A stretch of DNA of 64,000 nt, taken from positions 64,001 to 128,000 of the forward strand of contig BTWA01000009.1 of NCBI GenBank assembly GCA_045863295.1. The letters run 5' to 3'. Each line of letters starts with the position of its first letter. Within the stretch, counting starts at the first letter, position 1. The stretch comes from Candidatus Hydrogenedentota bacterium (lineage in GTDB: Bacteria > Hydrogenedentota > Hydrogenedentia > Hydrogenedentales > SLHB01). Positions 17,494 to 26,980 of this stretch are shown here, piece by piece. The translations under genes were made by a program, and so were the position numbers. The notes below the pieces were generated by a model. That model did no database searches and was not told where the DNA came from. It saw nothing but the letters and a program-made list of their open reading frames with translations.

Positions 17494-20214
17494 ATGCGGG
17501 CATCCATTTGGGCGTACGTTGCATTCAGTATCGTTTCCGTGACCTGCTTTGCCGAAGTGAAGCATCCTGTCAACCGTATCCAGTTTGAGGGGCCGATGCG
17601 GGACCGGGTGGAGGCCGTTGTGTCTGAATGGGCGTTGCCCGCACCGGAGGCGAATCCGGGGATGCTGGAGATGTTTCGTTTACGGGACCGGCAGCCGGAT
17701 TACGAAGATCCGGTTCCTTGGGCGGGCGAATTCGCTGGCAAGTACTTGCAGTCGTGTGTGCTGTTGCGGCGGATGTCTGCCAACCCGGAATTGGAAGGGC
17801 ACACGCGCCGATTTGTGCATGACCTAATCGCGACGCAGGCGGACGACGGCTATTTGGGGCCATTTCGCAAAGAAGAACGGTTGCTTGGCCATTGGGATTT
17901 GTGGGGCCACTACCATGTGATGCTTGGTTTGTACATGTGGTATGCCGAGACTGGCGATCGGGCCGCGCTGGATTGCGCAACGCGCGCGGCGGACCTTGTG
18001 TGTGCGACTTACCTTGATGGGGACAAGACCGTGCATGACGCGGGGTCGCATGAAATGAACATGGCGATCATTCACGTCATGGGCCTGCTTTACCGAGAGA
18101 CCGAGAACCCGCGTTACTTGAAGCTGATGCGGCAGGTTGAGTTGGATTGGGAAAAGGCGCCGGCGGGCGACTATTTGCGGACAGCGCTTGATGGCAAGGA
18201 GTTTTTCGAGACCCCCAAGCCGCGGTGGGAGAGTCTACATCCCATGCAGGGGCTCACGGAGTTTTACCGCATCACCGGAGATGAGAAGTACAAGCAGGCG
18301 CTGATGCATCATTGGCACAGCATCCACCGTTGGGACATACACAACGCGGGCAGTTTCTCGACCAATGAGGGGGCGGTTGGCAATCCGTTCAAGCCGGGAT
18401 CGATCGAGACCTGCTGCACGGTGGCGTGGATCGCGTATAGCATTGACGCGTTGGCGCTGTCCCGCGACAGCCTTGTGGCGGACGCGATAGAACGGTCGAC
18501 TTGGAATGCGGTGCTGGGTTACTTGCACCCCAGCGGACGCTGGTGCACGTACGACACGCCGATGGACGGGAAGCGGCTGGCCAGCGCGCATTCGATTGTA
18601 TTTCAGTCAAGACCGGGGACGCCGGAATTGAATTGTTGTTCCGTGAATGGACCGCGGGGATTGGGTTTGATTGCGGAGTGGGCTGTAACGGACGACGAGG
18701 GCGGAATTTATGTCAACTACTACGGCCCGTGCCGCATTGATGCGACGTTGACGAACGGGGAACACTGGGGCATTGAAGAGTCAACCGCGTATCCGAATGA
18801 GGGTGAAATTCGAATAGCGTTCACGCCCTCCGGGACTATCGAGCGCACGATTCATTTTCGCATTCCCTCGTGGAGCCGGAGGACATCGATCCGGGTGGAC
18901 AATGAAGCGCCCGCAGACGCCATACCCGGTACCTATCATGCTATTCGAAGAACTTGGCAGCCAGGGGACACCGTGACATTGGACGTGGATTTGAGTGTCT
19001 GGTCTATTCGCGGTGATTCCTACGTCGATCACAAGTCATCGGTTTTTCGGGGACCGATCTTGTTGACCTACGATCAGAAGTTCAACGCCGTGGAGCCGGG
19101 CATGTTGCCTGAACTCGATCTGCTGAATCTGTCGTTGGAGCCGGAAGCGGTTGTGACGCAGTTTAGCCCGATTGCAGCCTACAGGGCGGCATCGGGAAGT
19201 ACAACGCTTACGCTGGTGGACTACGCGTCGGCAGGGGCCAGCGGTACGGCGTACCGTTCATGGATGCCGGCGAGAAATGGCGAACCATCGCCATTCAGAC
19301 TTCTGCGACCCACGGGCAATTTACCGGTACGTTCGGACCGGCCGCTACTGCTCACATGGATGCCGAGCGTACCCGGATCATTGTACGAAGTGACGCTGGG
19401 CGAAGGTCCTGACCGTTCGCAATCGTTGAAGACGTGGACGGATGTGGACCAGCCGTATGTCATTTTGGATAGCGGCTTGGAAGCCGGCAAGACGTACTAT
19501 TGGCAGGTGGCGGCCAAGACCGAGGGGCGGGAGGTGGCAGCCTTGAATGGTCCCAAGGCGTTCGATGTTGTTGCACCGGATGCAAGCGTGGGGACGGGCG
19601 AAGTGTTGATTCACGCATCGCTACACGGCACGGCGGATCCGGCCACGGGTGTGCTTCGCGAGGCGGCGGCCGTGGTTCCGGCCATGGGGTATCGGGGCGA
19701 GGAGGGAACGGGGCTCGCGTTTGATGGCAAGACCAGCAAGGTTGTTTACCGGGTGGACGATTTCCCCGTGCTTGATTACACGTTATCCATCTTGGTGAAG
19801 CCCCAGGGGCCGCAACAGAAAGGGCAGCAGTGGTATCAGATATGTTCGGCATGGAAGAAGGGTATGGACGACCCGCTTCGCATCTCACTGGTAGACGGCC
19901 GTGTGGTCGCGCAGATGGAAATGGCCAAAGGCGGCGCGCGGATTGATGGTCCCGCGATCCCTGATCATGCGTGGACACGCGTGACTTTGGTCAAGGACCG
20001 GAGTGAATTGCGGCTTTATATCAATGGGCAGTTTTTCGGGCAGACTGTTGTGCCGGAGTTGTTGGACACCGAGGCGGATTCACTGGGTATTGGCTGCAAT
20101 CCCAACTTTGGGCAATTGGAGGGGCTTTCGGCGGTGTTTTCTAATTTGGTTTTTGAAAGCGTGGCCCGTTCAGACGCGGAGATTCTCACGGCGTACACGC
20201 AGACGGCCAAATGA
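17494..20214 (+). CDS. Secreted GH127-family (beta-L-arabinofuranosidase-like) glycoside hydrolase with FN3-like and LamG-like C-terminal domains
   Basis: Signal peptide after ATG 17494; GEFAGKY, QADDGYLG, IETCCT, NCCSVNG and FRIPSW, then YYWQV (FN3-like) and WTRVTLVK..LRLYING (LamG-like). Confidence 0.85.
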   Translation: MRASIWAYVAFSIVSVTCFAEVKHPVNRIQFEGPMRDRVEAVVSEWALPAPEANPGMLEMFRLRDRQPDYEDPVPWAGEFAGKYLQSCVLLRRMSANPELEGHTRRFVHDLIATQADDGYLGPFRKEERLLGHWDLWGHYHVMLGLYMWYAETGDRAALDCATRAADLVCATYLDGDKTVHDAGSHEMNMAIIHVMGLLYRETENPRYLKLMRQVELDWEKAPAGDYLRTALDGKEFFETPKPRWESLHPMQGLTEFYRITGDEKYKQALMHHWHSIHRWDIHNAGSFSTNEGAVGNPFKPGSIETCCTVAWIAYSIDALALSRDSLVADAIERSTWNAVLGYLHPSGRWCTYDTPMDGKRLASAHSIVFQSRPGTPELNCCSVNGPRGLGLIAEWAVTDDEGGIYVNYYGPCRIDATLTNGEHWGIEESTAYPNEGEIRIAFTPSGTIERTIHFRIPSWSRRTSIRVDNEAPADAIPGTYHAIRRTWQPGDTVTLDVDLSVWSIRGDSYVDHKSSVFRGPILLTYDQKFNAVEPGMLPELDLLNLSLEPEAVVTQFSPIAAYRAASGSTTLTLVDYASAGASGTAYRSWMPARNGEPSPFRLLRPTGNLPVRSDRPLLLTWMPSVPGSLYEVTLGEGPDRSQSLKTWTDVDQPYVILDSGLEAGKTYYWQVAAKTEGREVAALNGPKAFDVVAPDASVGTGEVLIHASLHGTADPATGVLREAAAVVPAMGYRGEEGTGLAFDGKTSKVVYRVDDFPVLDYTLSILVKPQGPQQKGQQWYQICSAWKKGMDDPLRISLVDGRVVAQMEMAKGGARIDGPAIPDHAWTRVTLVKDRSELRLYINGQFFGQTVVPELLDTEADSLGIGCNPNFGQLEGLSAVFSNLVFESVARSDAEILTAYTQTAK

Positions 20215-20217
20215 GCT

Positions 20218-20255
20218 AAAAAAGTGTGCCGGCAGACGAATGCGTCTGCCGGCAC
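20218..20255 (-). terminator. Terminator hairpin between convergent GH127 and pckG
   Basis: Perfect 13-bp stem GTGCCGGCAGACG-aatg-CGTCTGCCGGCAC (20226-20255); T6 tract follows on the minus strand. Confidence 0.85.
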
Positions 20256-20276
20256 TATAGAAGGTCTTACTGTTGT

Positions 20277-22115
20277 TTAGTGTTGCTGGTGGGTCGGTTC
20301 CCAGTGTTCGGGAGCGCGCCAGAGTTGTGACAGCATCAATTGCCGCATGAACACGAATTCTTTTGGCAGTCGATCGTAGACGCGCATGAACAATTCTTCA
20401 TGGGAAAGGATTTCCGCCTGCCATGCATCGCGATCGACCGACATGACCTCGGTGAAATCATCCTCTGAGAATTCGATTCCGGTCCAATCGATGTCTTCAT
20501 AGCGAGGCATCCAGCCTAGCGGGCTTTCCTCGGCGTAGGCTTTTCCTCGCACACGGTCGACCACCCATTTCAGGATGCGCATATTCTCTCCGAATCCGGG
20601 CCACGCGAAGTTGCCGTCCTTGTTCTTACGGAACCAGTTCACGCCGAAGATGCGCGGGGGATTGTTGATGACTCGGCCCATATCCAACCAGTGGCTCCAG
20701 TAATCGCCCATGTGGTATCCGATGAACGGGAGCATGGCAAATGGATCGCGGCGGACTTTGCCGACCGCGCCGACTGCCGCGGCGGTAGTTTCCGACCCCA
20801 TGGCGGCCGCCAAATAGACCCCGTAGTTCCAGTTGTAGGCTTGCATGACCAGCGGCACGGTTGTGCTGCGGCGGCCGCCGAATATGAATGCACTCACGGG
20901 CACGCCTTCGGGGTTTTCGAATTCCGAATCCACGCAGGGGCAGTTTTTCACGGGGGCGGTGAAGCGGGCATTCGGGTGCGAGGACTTGCCCTCGCTTTTG
21001 GGTGTCCATTCCTGGCCGCGCCAATCGGTCAGCTTGGCGGGCGGTTCCGGTGTCATGCCTTCCCACCAGACATCGCCTTCTGGGGTGAGGGCGACATTGG
21101 TGAAGATGCAATCGCGCTTGATGCTTTCCATGGCGTTGGGGTTGGATTCATAGGATGTTCCAGGGGCTACGCCAAAGAAACCGCATTCCGGATTGATGGC
21201 GTACAGGCGTCCGCCCGGTCCGGGTTTTATCCACGCGATATCGTCGCCGATGGTTGTAATTTTGTACCCGTCAAATGCGGGCGGGGGAATAATCATGGCG
21301 AAGTTGGTTTTGCCGCACGCGCTCGGAAATGACGCGGCGACATAGGTTTTTTCTTTGTCGGGGGTTTCCACGCCGAGGATGAGCATGTGTTCGGCGAGCC
21401 AGCCTTCGTCGCGCGCCATGCAGGATGCGATACGTAGGGCGAAACATTTCTTGCCGAGCAATGCGTTGCCGCCGTATCCGCTTCCATACGACCAGATTTC
21501 CCGTGTGTCCGGGAAATGAGTGATGTACTTTTCCTTATTATTGCAGGGCCAGGCGACGTCTTTTTGCCCGGGCGCCAGGGGCATCCCCACGGAATGGATG
21601 CAATGGACGAATTCGCCGTCTTCTCCGAGGGTATCCAATACCTTTTTGCCGACGCGCGTCATGATGTGCATGTTGACGACGACATACGGCGAATCGGTCA
21701 ATTCCACGCCGATATGCGCGATGGACGACCCGATGGGCCCCATGCTGAACGGAATGACATACATGGGCCGGCCCTTCATGCAGCCCTTGAACAGGCGCTT
21801 GAGGGTTTTCTTCATGTCTTTGGGGTCGACCCAGTTATTGGTGGGGCCGGCGTCTTGCTTGCGGCGGCTGCAAATAAACGTCCGGTCTTCCACACGGGCG
21901 ACATCCTGGGGGTCGGAGCGAAAGAGGAAGCTGTTGGGACGCAACTTTTCATTGAGTTTGATGGCCATCCCCGACGTGACCATTTCCCCCATTAACTGGT
22001 CGTATTCGGCCTTGGAGCCGTCACACCACACGACCTTTTCGGGCTGGCACAGGGTTTCCATGTCGGCAACCCACTTTTTAAGTTTTTCGTGATTTACGCT
22101 ACCTACAATGCCCAT
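20277..22115 (-). CDS. pckG: Phosphoenolpyruvate carboxykinase (GTP)
   Basis: [50 protein letters not shown] and [13 protein letters not shown] 22115 follows AGGAAGG. Confidence 0.97.
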   Translation of the reverse strand: MGIVGSVNHEKLKKWVADMETLCQPEKVVWCDGSKAEYDQLMGEMVTSGMAIKLNEKLRPNSFLFRSDPQDVARVEDRTFICSRRKQDAGPTNNWVDPKDMKKTLKRLFKGCMKGRPMYVIPFSMGPIGSSIAHIGVELTDSPYVVVNMHIMTRVGKKVLDTLGEDGEFVHCIHSVGMPLAPGQKDVAWPCNNKEKYITHFPDTREIWSYGSGYGGNALLGKKCFALRIASCMARDEGWLAEHMLILGVETPDKEKTYVAASFPSACGKTNFAMIIPPPAFDGYKITTIGDDIAWIKPGPGGRLYAINPECGFFGVAPGTSYESNPNAMESIKRDCIFTNVALTPEGDVWWEGMTPEPPAKLTDWRGQEWTPKSEGKSSHPNARFTAPVKNCPCVDSEFENPEGVPVSAFIFGGRRSTTVPLVMQAYNWNYGVYLAAAMGSETTAAAVGAVGKVRRDPFAMLPFIGYHMGDYWSHWLDMGRVINNPPRIFGVNWFRKNKDGNFAWPGFGENMRILKWVVDRVRGKAYAEESPLGWMPRYEDIDWTGIEFSEDDFTEVMSVDRDAWQAEILSHEELFMRVYDRLPKEFVFMRQLMLSQLWRAPEHWEPTHQQH

Positions 22116-22482
22116 TGAAAACGTTCCTTCCTGGGGCCGCCTTTCTGGGGGTTGCAGCCTTTTCCGCCTGGGAATAAGGGGGTCATCATGCTTCATTGGG
22201 GGGCAGCTTGAGATAGCCGCGCATTCGCGACTGGGATCATAGTCGATTTGGGACTTGGCTATCAATTCGAGGGGTGAAACCGATGGTATTTGTTGCCTGG
22301 ATCGCACAATGTGTTTTCGGGGAAGGCGGCGTGGATAGAGTTCCAGTATGAGAAAACTGCGAGACACGAAGTTTCGTTACCGCGGTATAGATATTGGCCG
22401 ACGCGACGACTTGATTGCGTTGGCGGAACAGTTTGGCCCATAATCAGGTTTTCATGGGGCCGGGATACGACCATTCGAAATT

Positions 22483-22512
22483 GTTGACAAATGGCTGTCA
22501 ACGGCTTAGTCT
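22483..22512 (+). promoter_or_regulatory. sigma70 promoter with overlapping palindromic operator, upstream of the small-gene array
   Basis: TTGACA (22484-89)-N17-TAGTCT (22507-12). The -35 box forms the left arm of GTTGACA-N6-TGTCAAC. Confidence 0.6.
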
Positions 22513-22526
22513 ATGGCGGAGGAAAC

Positions 22527-22727
22527 GTGGGGTACGAGTCAGGAGTGAACTTACCATCGGGGATCCGGCGTCACTTCAGGAACCTTTCACGGCCCAGGGC
22601 CGTGGCGGTTACGGTTGCGACGCCTGCGGAAATTCAGTTCACCAAGGCCCAGTGGGCGGTCCTCAATGCCTTGTTGTCTTTGGAACAGTCCAAGACCGAT
22701 AAAGTGAATGAGCAAGCCGGTTCATGA
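22527..22727 (+). CDS. Small protein 1 (66 aa) of the tandem leader-motif family
   Basis: GTG 22527 after GGAGG, downstream of the predicted promoter. Contains RHFRNLSRPRAVA, a divergent form of the motif in the next two genes. Confidence 0.55.
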   Translation: MGYESGVNLPSGIRRHFRNLSRPRAVAVTVATPAEIQFTKAQWAVLNALLSLEQSKTDKVNEQAGS

Positions 22728-22819
22728 CCGTGCCGGCCAGTTTGCCGATGCCGCCGGAACGATTCCGCGGAGTCAGGATCGGCGGTCACGTGCTGCCGTA
22801 AGGAGGAGACGGAGGTAAC

Positions 22820-23080
22820 ATGAAGCATCACCGACTGATAACGCGGAAGCCCGTGCAGGGTCAGACTGCGCTTGCCGTGAAATTGGATTTCAAGGTAGGT
22901 TTGAGCGACCTTGCATTTCTCGCTACAGGGTTTGTGGCAAATTTCCTTATTGAGTTTTACGACATCATCGGTGGGTTCCCGACGAACGGGTCTGGCGGCA
23001 CCGGCGGTGACACGGGAGGCGATGGCGGTACCGGTGGCGACACCGGCGGCGACACCGGCGGTGATACGGGTAATGAATAA
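22820..23080 (+). CDS. Small protein 2 (86 aa): leader motif, hydrophobic helix, DIIGG, Gly/Asp/Thr repeat tail
   Basis: GGAGGT RBS; MKHHRLITRKPVQGQTALAVKLD; clear paralogy with 23131-23367. Confidence 0.85.
   Translation: MKHHRLITRKPVQGQTALAVKLDFKVGLSDLAFLATGFVANFLIEFYDIIGGFPTNGSGGTGGDTGGDGGTGGDTGGDTGGDTGNE
22994..23072 (+). repeat. Coding tandem repeat, (GGDT/GGT/GGD)n
   Basis: Degenerate 9-12-nt units such as GGCGGCGACACC, encoding GGTGGDTGGDGGTGGDTGGDTGGDTG. Confidence 0.85.
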
Positions 23081-23130
23081 CGCAGCCCAGTGATCAGCAA
23101 GTTGGCGATTGTACAGCAGGAGACACTGAA

Positions 23131-23367
23131 ATGAAGGCGAGCATGAACCATTGTCGGGCCATTACAAAGTCGCCATCCACGGCTCAAACGGCCTTGGCGC
23201 TAAAGCTCGATGCTTATTTGGCCATTATAACCAATATGTTTACCTCGGGCTTGATCCTTTGGGAAGCAAGCACGGGCGGTTGGTGGGCCGCGTGGCTTGA
23301 CATTATCGGCGGTGAAAACGTCGATGTCGTGTTTGGTCAGAACAACCAAGACACCACGACGGAATAG
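23131..23367 (+). CDS. Small protein 3 (78 aa): leader motif, hydrophobic Trp-rich helix, DIIGG, acidic tail
   Basis: AGGAG RBS (alternative ATG at 23143); MNHCRAITKSPSTAQTALALKLD is 14/23 identical to protein 2. Confidence 0.85.
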   Translation: MKASMNHCRAITKSPSTAQTALALKLDAYLAIITNMFTSGLILWEASTGGWWAAWLDIIGGENVDVVFGQNNQDTTTE

Positions 23368-23401
23368 ACATCCGCGAAGCCGGTCGTTATCCAGTCATTT
23401 T

Positions 23402-23436
23402 GGGCGAACGCATGGACAATGCGTTCGCCCTTTTTT
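23402..23436 (+). terminator. Rho-independent terminator closing the small-gene array
   Basis: Perfect 12-bp stem GGGCGAACGCAT-ggaca-ATGCGTTCGCCC followed by TTTTTT. Confidence 0.9.
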
Positions 23437-23631
23437 GTTTGGGATAGCCTACATTCTTCACCGCGCTTAAAGCGTGTGTGGGACAAGATCTCCTGCACAA
23501 TGATTAGGACTGGGAGAGAGGATATCTGACGAGCAAGCCGCAATTTTGGATGAGCACAATTGGAAAGGGGCTACCCGGTTTTCTGCTGGGATGTGGCTCT
23601 CTTGTTTGGCGATGTACGTGCAATATTCGGG

Positions 23632-25017
23632 CTAATCGCCTGCTTCGCTGGGCGCGTCCAGGCCCAGTTGGTCCATTTTATATTTCAGGATCCGGCGGGT
23701 GGTGTGGAGTATTTCGGCGGCCTTGGATTGCACATAGTCGGATTTTTCCAGCGCCCTTTGAATGAGAAACCGTTCCAAGCGCTGCGTAGCTTCATCCAAG
23801 GATAGCCCCTCAAATTCAGCGAGGGATCCTTCCACCGGCCCTTCGGAAGATTCGGTGGGTGTCAGTATGCCCTGCAGGTTTGTTTTTCTAATTTCCTTTT
23901 CGTGCGGATTCAGTACCAGAATTCGCTCGACCATGTTTTCCAATTCGCGGATGTTTCCGGGCCAGTCATACCCAGTCATCACGGCCATGGCATCGGGTGC
24001 AAACCGATCCACGGTGCTGTTGACGCGGGTGCGGTGTTTGGCGATGAAGAAGGAGACGAGACCGGGGATATCTTCGCGGCGTTTGCGCAGCGGCGGCAAT
24101 TCTATGTGCAGCACGTTGATGCGGTAATACAGGTCTTCGCGAAATGTTCCGGCCTTCACGCAACTCTTCAGTTCGCGGTTTGTGGCGCAGATAAAGCGCA
24201 CGTCGACTTCGATTACCTTTGAGCTGCCCACGGGGTAGATGTGGCCGTTTTGCAGCACGCGCAATAGTTTGGCCTGGGCTTCCAACGGCATTTCGCCAAT
24301 TTCGTCGAGGAAAAGACTTCCGCCATCCGCTACTTGCACCTTGCCCATGCGCTTTTCGATCGCGCCGGTGAAGGCGCCTTTTTCGTGGCCGAACAATTCG
24401 GCTTCGACCAACTGGTCTGGAATCGCACAGCAGGATACGGGCACAAACGCTTTTTGCGAGCGGGGTCCGCCGGAATGAATGGCACGCGCCAGCAGGTCCT
24501 TGCCAGTGCCGCTTTCACCGGTGATCAAAACAGTGCTATCGACTTCCATGGCGCGTTTGGCCATGGCCAATGTCTGCCTTAATGCAACGCTCTCACCGAC
24601 GATGGACTCGAAGCCCGCGGAGCCGGCCTCGCGCAGCACGGTCAATTCCCGGTCGCGCATGTAGTCCGACAAGGTCTTGTCGATGGTGTGTATGAGTTCT
24701 TCGACGTCGAACGGTTTGATGATGTACTCGCGCGCTCCTCGCTTCATGGCTTCGACGGCGTCTGCGACAGATTTGAGAGCGGTGACCACCGCGACCGGGG
24801 GCATCACGCCGCGCCGTTGCATTTCGTCGAGCACTTGAAATCCGCTCATGCCGGCCATCATGAGATCGAGGAGCATCAGATCGACGTGGTTATCCTCAAG
24901 AATCTTAAGTGCCTTGGGACCATCTTCCGCGAGGAGGACCCGGTACTGATCCTGAAGGATCATCCGGTACGATTCCCGGATGCTGAGCTCGTCGTCAACC
25001 GCCAGTATGGTTTTCAT
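23632..25017 (-). CDS. sigma54-dependent response regulator (REC-AAA+-Fis HTH; NtrC/AtoC/PrsR-like)
   Basis: ILAVDDE...LLDLMM, GESGTGKD, GAFTGA, FLDEIGE, FREDLYYR, WPGNIRELEN and a C-terminal HTH. Start 25017 overlaps the upstream gene by 23 nt. Confidence 0.95.
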   Translation of the reverse strand: MKTILAVDDELSIRESYRMILQDQYRVLLAEDGPKALKILEDNHVDLMLLDLMMAGMSGFQVLDEMQRRGVMPPVAVVTALKSVADAVEAMKRGAREYIIKPFDVEELIHTIDKTLSDYMRDRELTVLREAGSAGFESIVGESVALRQTLAMAKRAMEVDSTVLITGESGTGKDLLARAIHSGGPRSQKAFVPVSCCAIPDQLVEAELFGHEKGAFTGAIEKRMGKVQVADGGSLFLDEIGEMPLEAQAKLLRVLQNGHIYPVGSSKVIEVDVRFICATNRELKSCVKAGTFREDLYYRINVLHIELPPLRKRREDIPGLVSFFIAKHRTRVNSTVDRFAPDAMAVMTGYDWPGNIRELENMVERILVLNPHEKEIRKTNLQGILTPTESSEGPVEGSLAEFEGLSLDEATQRLERFLIQRALEKSDYVQSKAAEILHTTRRILKYKMDQLGLDAPSEAGD

Positions 25018-26980
25018 GAACGCCTCGTACGAGCGGTTCCGCGGTTTTTGCAGCGGCCGTAGGGGGGATAGCATCGGACTTTGCGCTTGAGACCAGCGGT
25101 ACCGAGAGGCGGAACCGGCACCCCTGCGGGCCGGGGATATACTCCAGCGTTCCGCCATGCATCACGGCCGTCCGTCGCGCCAGTGTGAGGCCCAGTCCCA
25201 TTCCTTTTTCGCGCGTGCTGAAGAAAGGCAGGAATATCAACGGCACGAATTGTTCCGGGACGCCGGGGCCCGAATCGGTGACGGTGATCTCGATGCGGTT
25301 GTTGGACTCGCCGGAGGCGACCGTGATTACACCGCCTTCGGGCATGGCCTCAATCGCATTTTTTACCAGGTTGTGTATGGCTTGGGCAACGTACACGGGA
25401 TCCATTTCCGCCGGCGTGATGGATGGATCCAGTTGTCGATTCAAACGGATTCCTGCAGCGCCCAGCTTTTCGCGGAACGAGTCCAGCACAGTATTTATGG
25501 TGTCGTTTATGTGCACGCGTTGCAGCGCCATTTTGGGTTGGCGGGCAAAATCAAACAGACTTTCCACCACGCGGTTGATGCGCGCGACTTCTCCCATGAC
25601 TGTTTCGCAGAATTGATCGCGGAAGTCTTGCGATTCATATTTTTTGGGCAACAGTTGCGCAAAGGTATTGATGGCCACGAGGGGATTCTTGATTTCCTGC
25701 GCTACACGTGCGGAAAGGAACTCCCAGAACGGGCTGGTTTCCAGGTCGTCCTGGGCAGTCCGCTCGTCCATGGCGGGTATGGGCGCCATGAGCACGACGG
25801 CTCCGTCGCCTTCCAAGACGGAAACGCTAACGCCCAAGATAGTATTTGTAGCTCTGTCGCGGACGGTATGACGTAGAACCGGTCTGTTTTCTCGGAGTGC
25901 CTGCAAGACGACGTGAGCGAGTTCCGAGCCGAGCCGTTGCACGCTTCGGCCTATATGATCGTTTGCGGATACCTGCAGGAATTTTTCCGCGCTGGCATTC
26001 ATCATCGAGATGGTGTTGTCCGCTCGCACAAAAATCACGCCGCTGGTCAGGCGAGCAATGGCGGTATCCAACTGTGTTTGTTTTTCGGCCACCGCGTCGT
26101 AGGTTTGGGCATTGTCCAGAGCGATGGACGCGCAGCGTGCGAACGAGGTCAGCAGGTCACGTTCTTCCTGGCTATAGGCGCGTCCGGTCGCTTTTTCGCC
26201 TATCAGGATAGCGCCGACGACACGGCCGGCGCGCAGCAGAGGCACGCCAAACCGCGCCCCCAAAAGCCGCATGTGTTTGGCGGCAGGCGCCTGAGCAGGC
26301 AAGAGATTGCGATCGATCAGGCATGGGTTCTCTTCAAAGCACCGCATGAGCCCCGCGGCGAACCCGAGCCGAAGCGAATCGGTCAGCGCGGGTGAAAGAC
26401 CGACACCCACCGCGACTCGTGCTTCGCCGCCCTGTTCCAGCAGAATTGCCGTGCGAACCGGGTCGAAGATATCTGAGACGGCATCCTGTAGCGTTTGCAG
26501 CAATCGTTGCGGGTCTTGCAACATGCCGGCGGCGCGACCGAGCCAGCGCAACGCCGTTTGATGCTGGGACAAGTGCGCCGCAGGGGTAATGTCCGCAGGC
26601 GCTGGCGGCGCAATTATTTCGACAGTGCGTTCCAACGGCCTTGCGCGATCCATTGCGGCATGCAGATCGGCGCAATTGAACGGTTTGGGCAACGCTGCCG
26701 AGGCCCCAGCGAGAAGATAGGACGCGAGCGTTTCGGAGTCGCTGTAGTTGGACAAGACGATGACCGGCGTGTCGGGCGAGACACCGCGCAATTGGCGCAA
26801 GGCGTCACGCCCCTGGGTGCGCCAATCGTCGAGTATGACTACGTCGGCATTGACGGCGATCATTCGACGGATAGCCTGTTCGACATTGGGTTCAAAGAGC
26901 GCGACAGATGCATCCGGCAGTGCGGCTGCCAGGGATTCGCGCAAGGCTTTGTCTTCCGCAACGATGAGTACCAGATTCAT
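24995..26980 (-). CDS. REC-GAF-PAS-HisKA-HATPase protein lacking the phosphoacceptor His (pseudokinase)
   Basis: H-box reads RVAQEIKNPL. N/G1/F/G2 boxes are intact (NLVKNA, DSGPGV, PFFST, GMGLGL). ATGA overlap with the upstream kinase. Confidence 0.88.
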   Translation of the reverse strand: MNLVLIVAEDKALRESLAAALPDASVALFEPNVEQAIRRMIAVNADVVILDDWRTQGRDALRQLRGVSPDTPVIVLSNYSDSETLASYLLAGASAALPKPFNCADLHAAMDRARPLERTVEIIAPPAPADITPAAHLSQHQTALRWLGRAAGMLQDPQRLLQTLQDAVSDIFDPVRTAILLEQGGEARVAVGVGLSPALTDSLRLGFAAGLMRCFEENPCLIDRNLLPAQAPAAKHMRLLGARFGVPLLRAGRVVGAILIGEKATGRAYSQEERDLLTSFARCASIALDNAQTYDAVAEKQTQLDTAIARLTSGVIFVRADNTISMMNASAEKFLQVSANDHIGRSVQRLGSELAHVVLQALRENRPVLRHTVRDRATNTILGVSVSVLEGDGAVVLMAPIPAMDERTAQDDLETSPFWEFLSARVAQEIKNPLVAINTFAQLLPKKYESQDFRDQFCETVMGEVARINRVVESLFDFARQPKMALQRVHINDTINTVLDSFREKLGAAGIRLNRQLDPSITPAEMDPVYVAQAIHNLVKNAIEAMPEGGVITVASGESNNRIEITVTDSGPGVPEQFVPLIFLPFFSTREKGMGLGLTLARRTAVMHGGTLEYIPGPQGCRFRLSVPLVSSAKSDAIPPTAAAKTAEPLVRGVHENHTGG

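Noticed and set aside
22116..22367. 84-aa N-terminal extension of PEPCK in the ORF track
   Set aside because: Homology and an RBS start at ATG 22115; the extension looks non-coding.
22491..22526. ATG 22491 as start of small protein 1
   Set aside because: It lies inside the predicted promoter with no RBS; GTG 22527 has GGAGG.
22994..23072. Short repeats as a CRISPR array
   Set aside because: Units are 9-12 nt, in frame and without spacers; no cas genes are present.
23102..23118. GG-N10-GC (TTGGCGATTGTACAGCA) as a sigma54 promoter for small protein 3
   Set aside because: Spacing is right, but it lacks the CAC and TTGC consensus, and it abuts the RBS so the transcript would start almost at the start codon.
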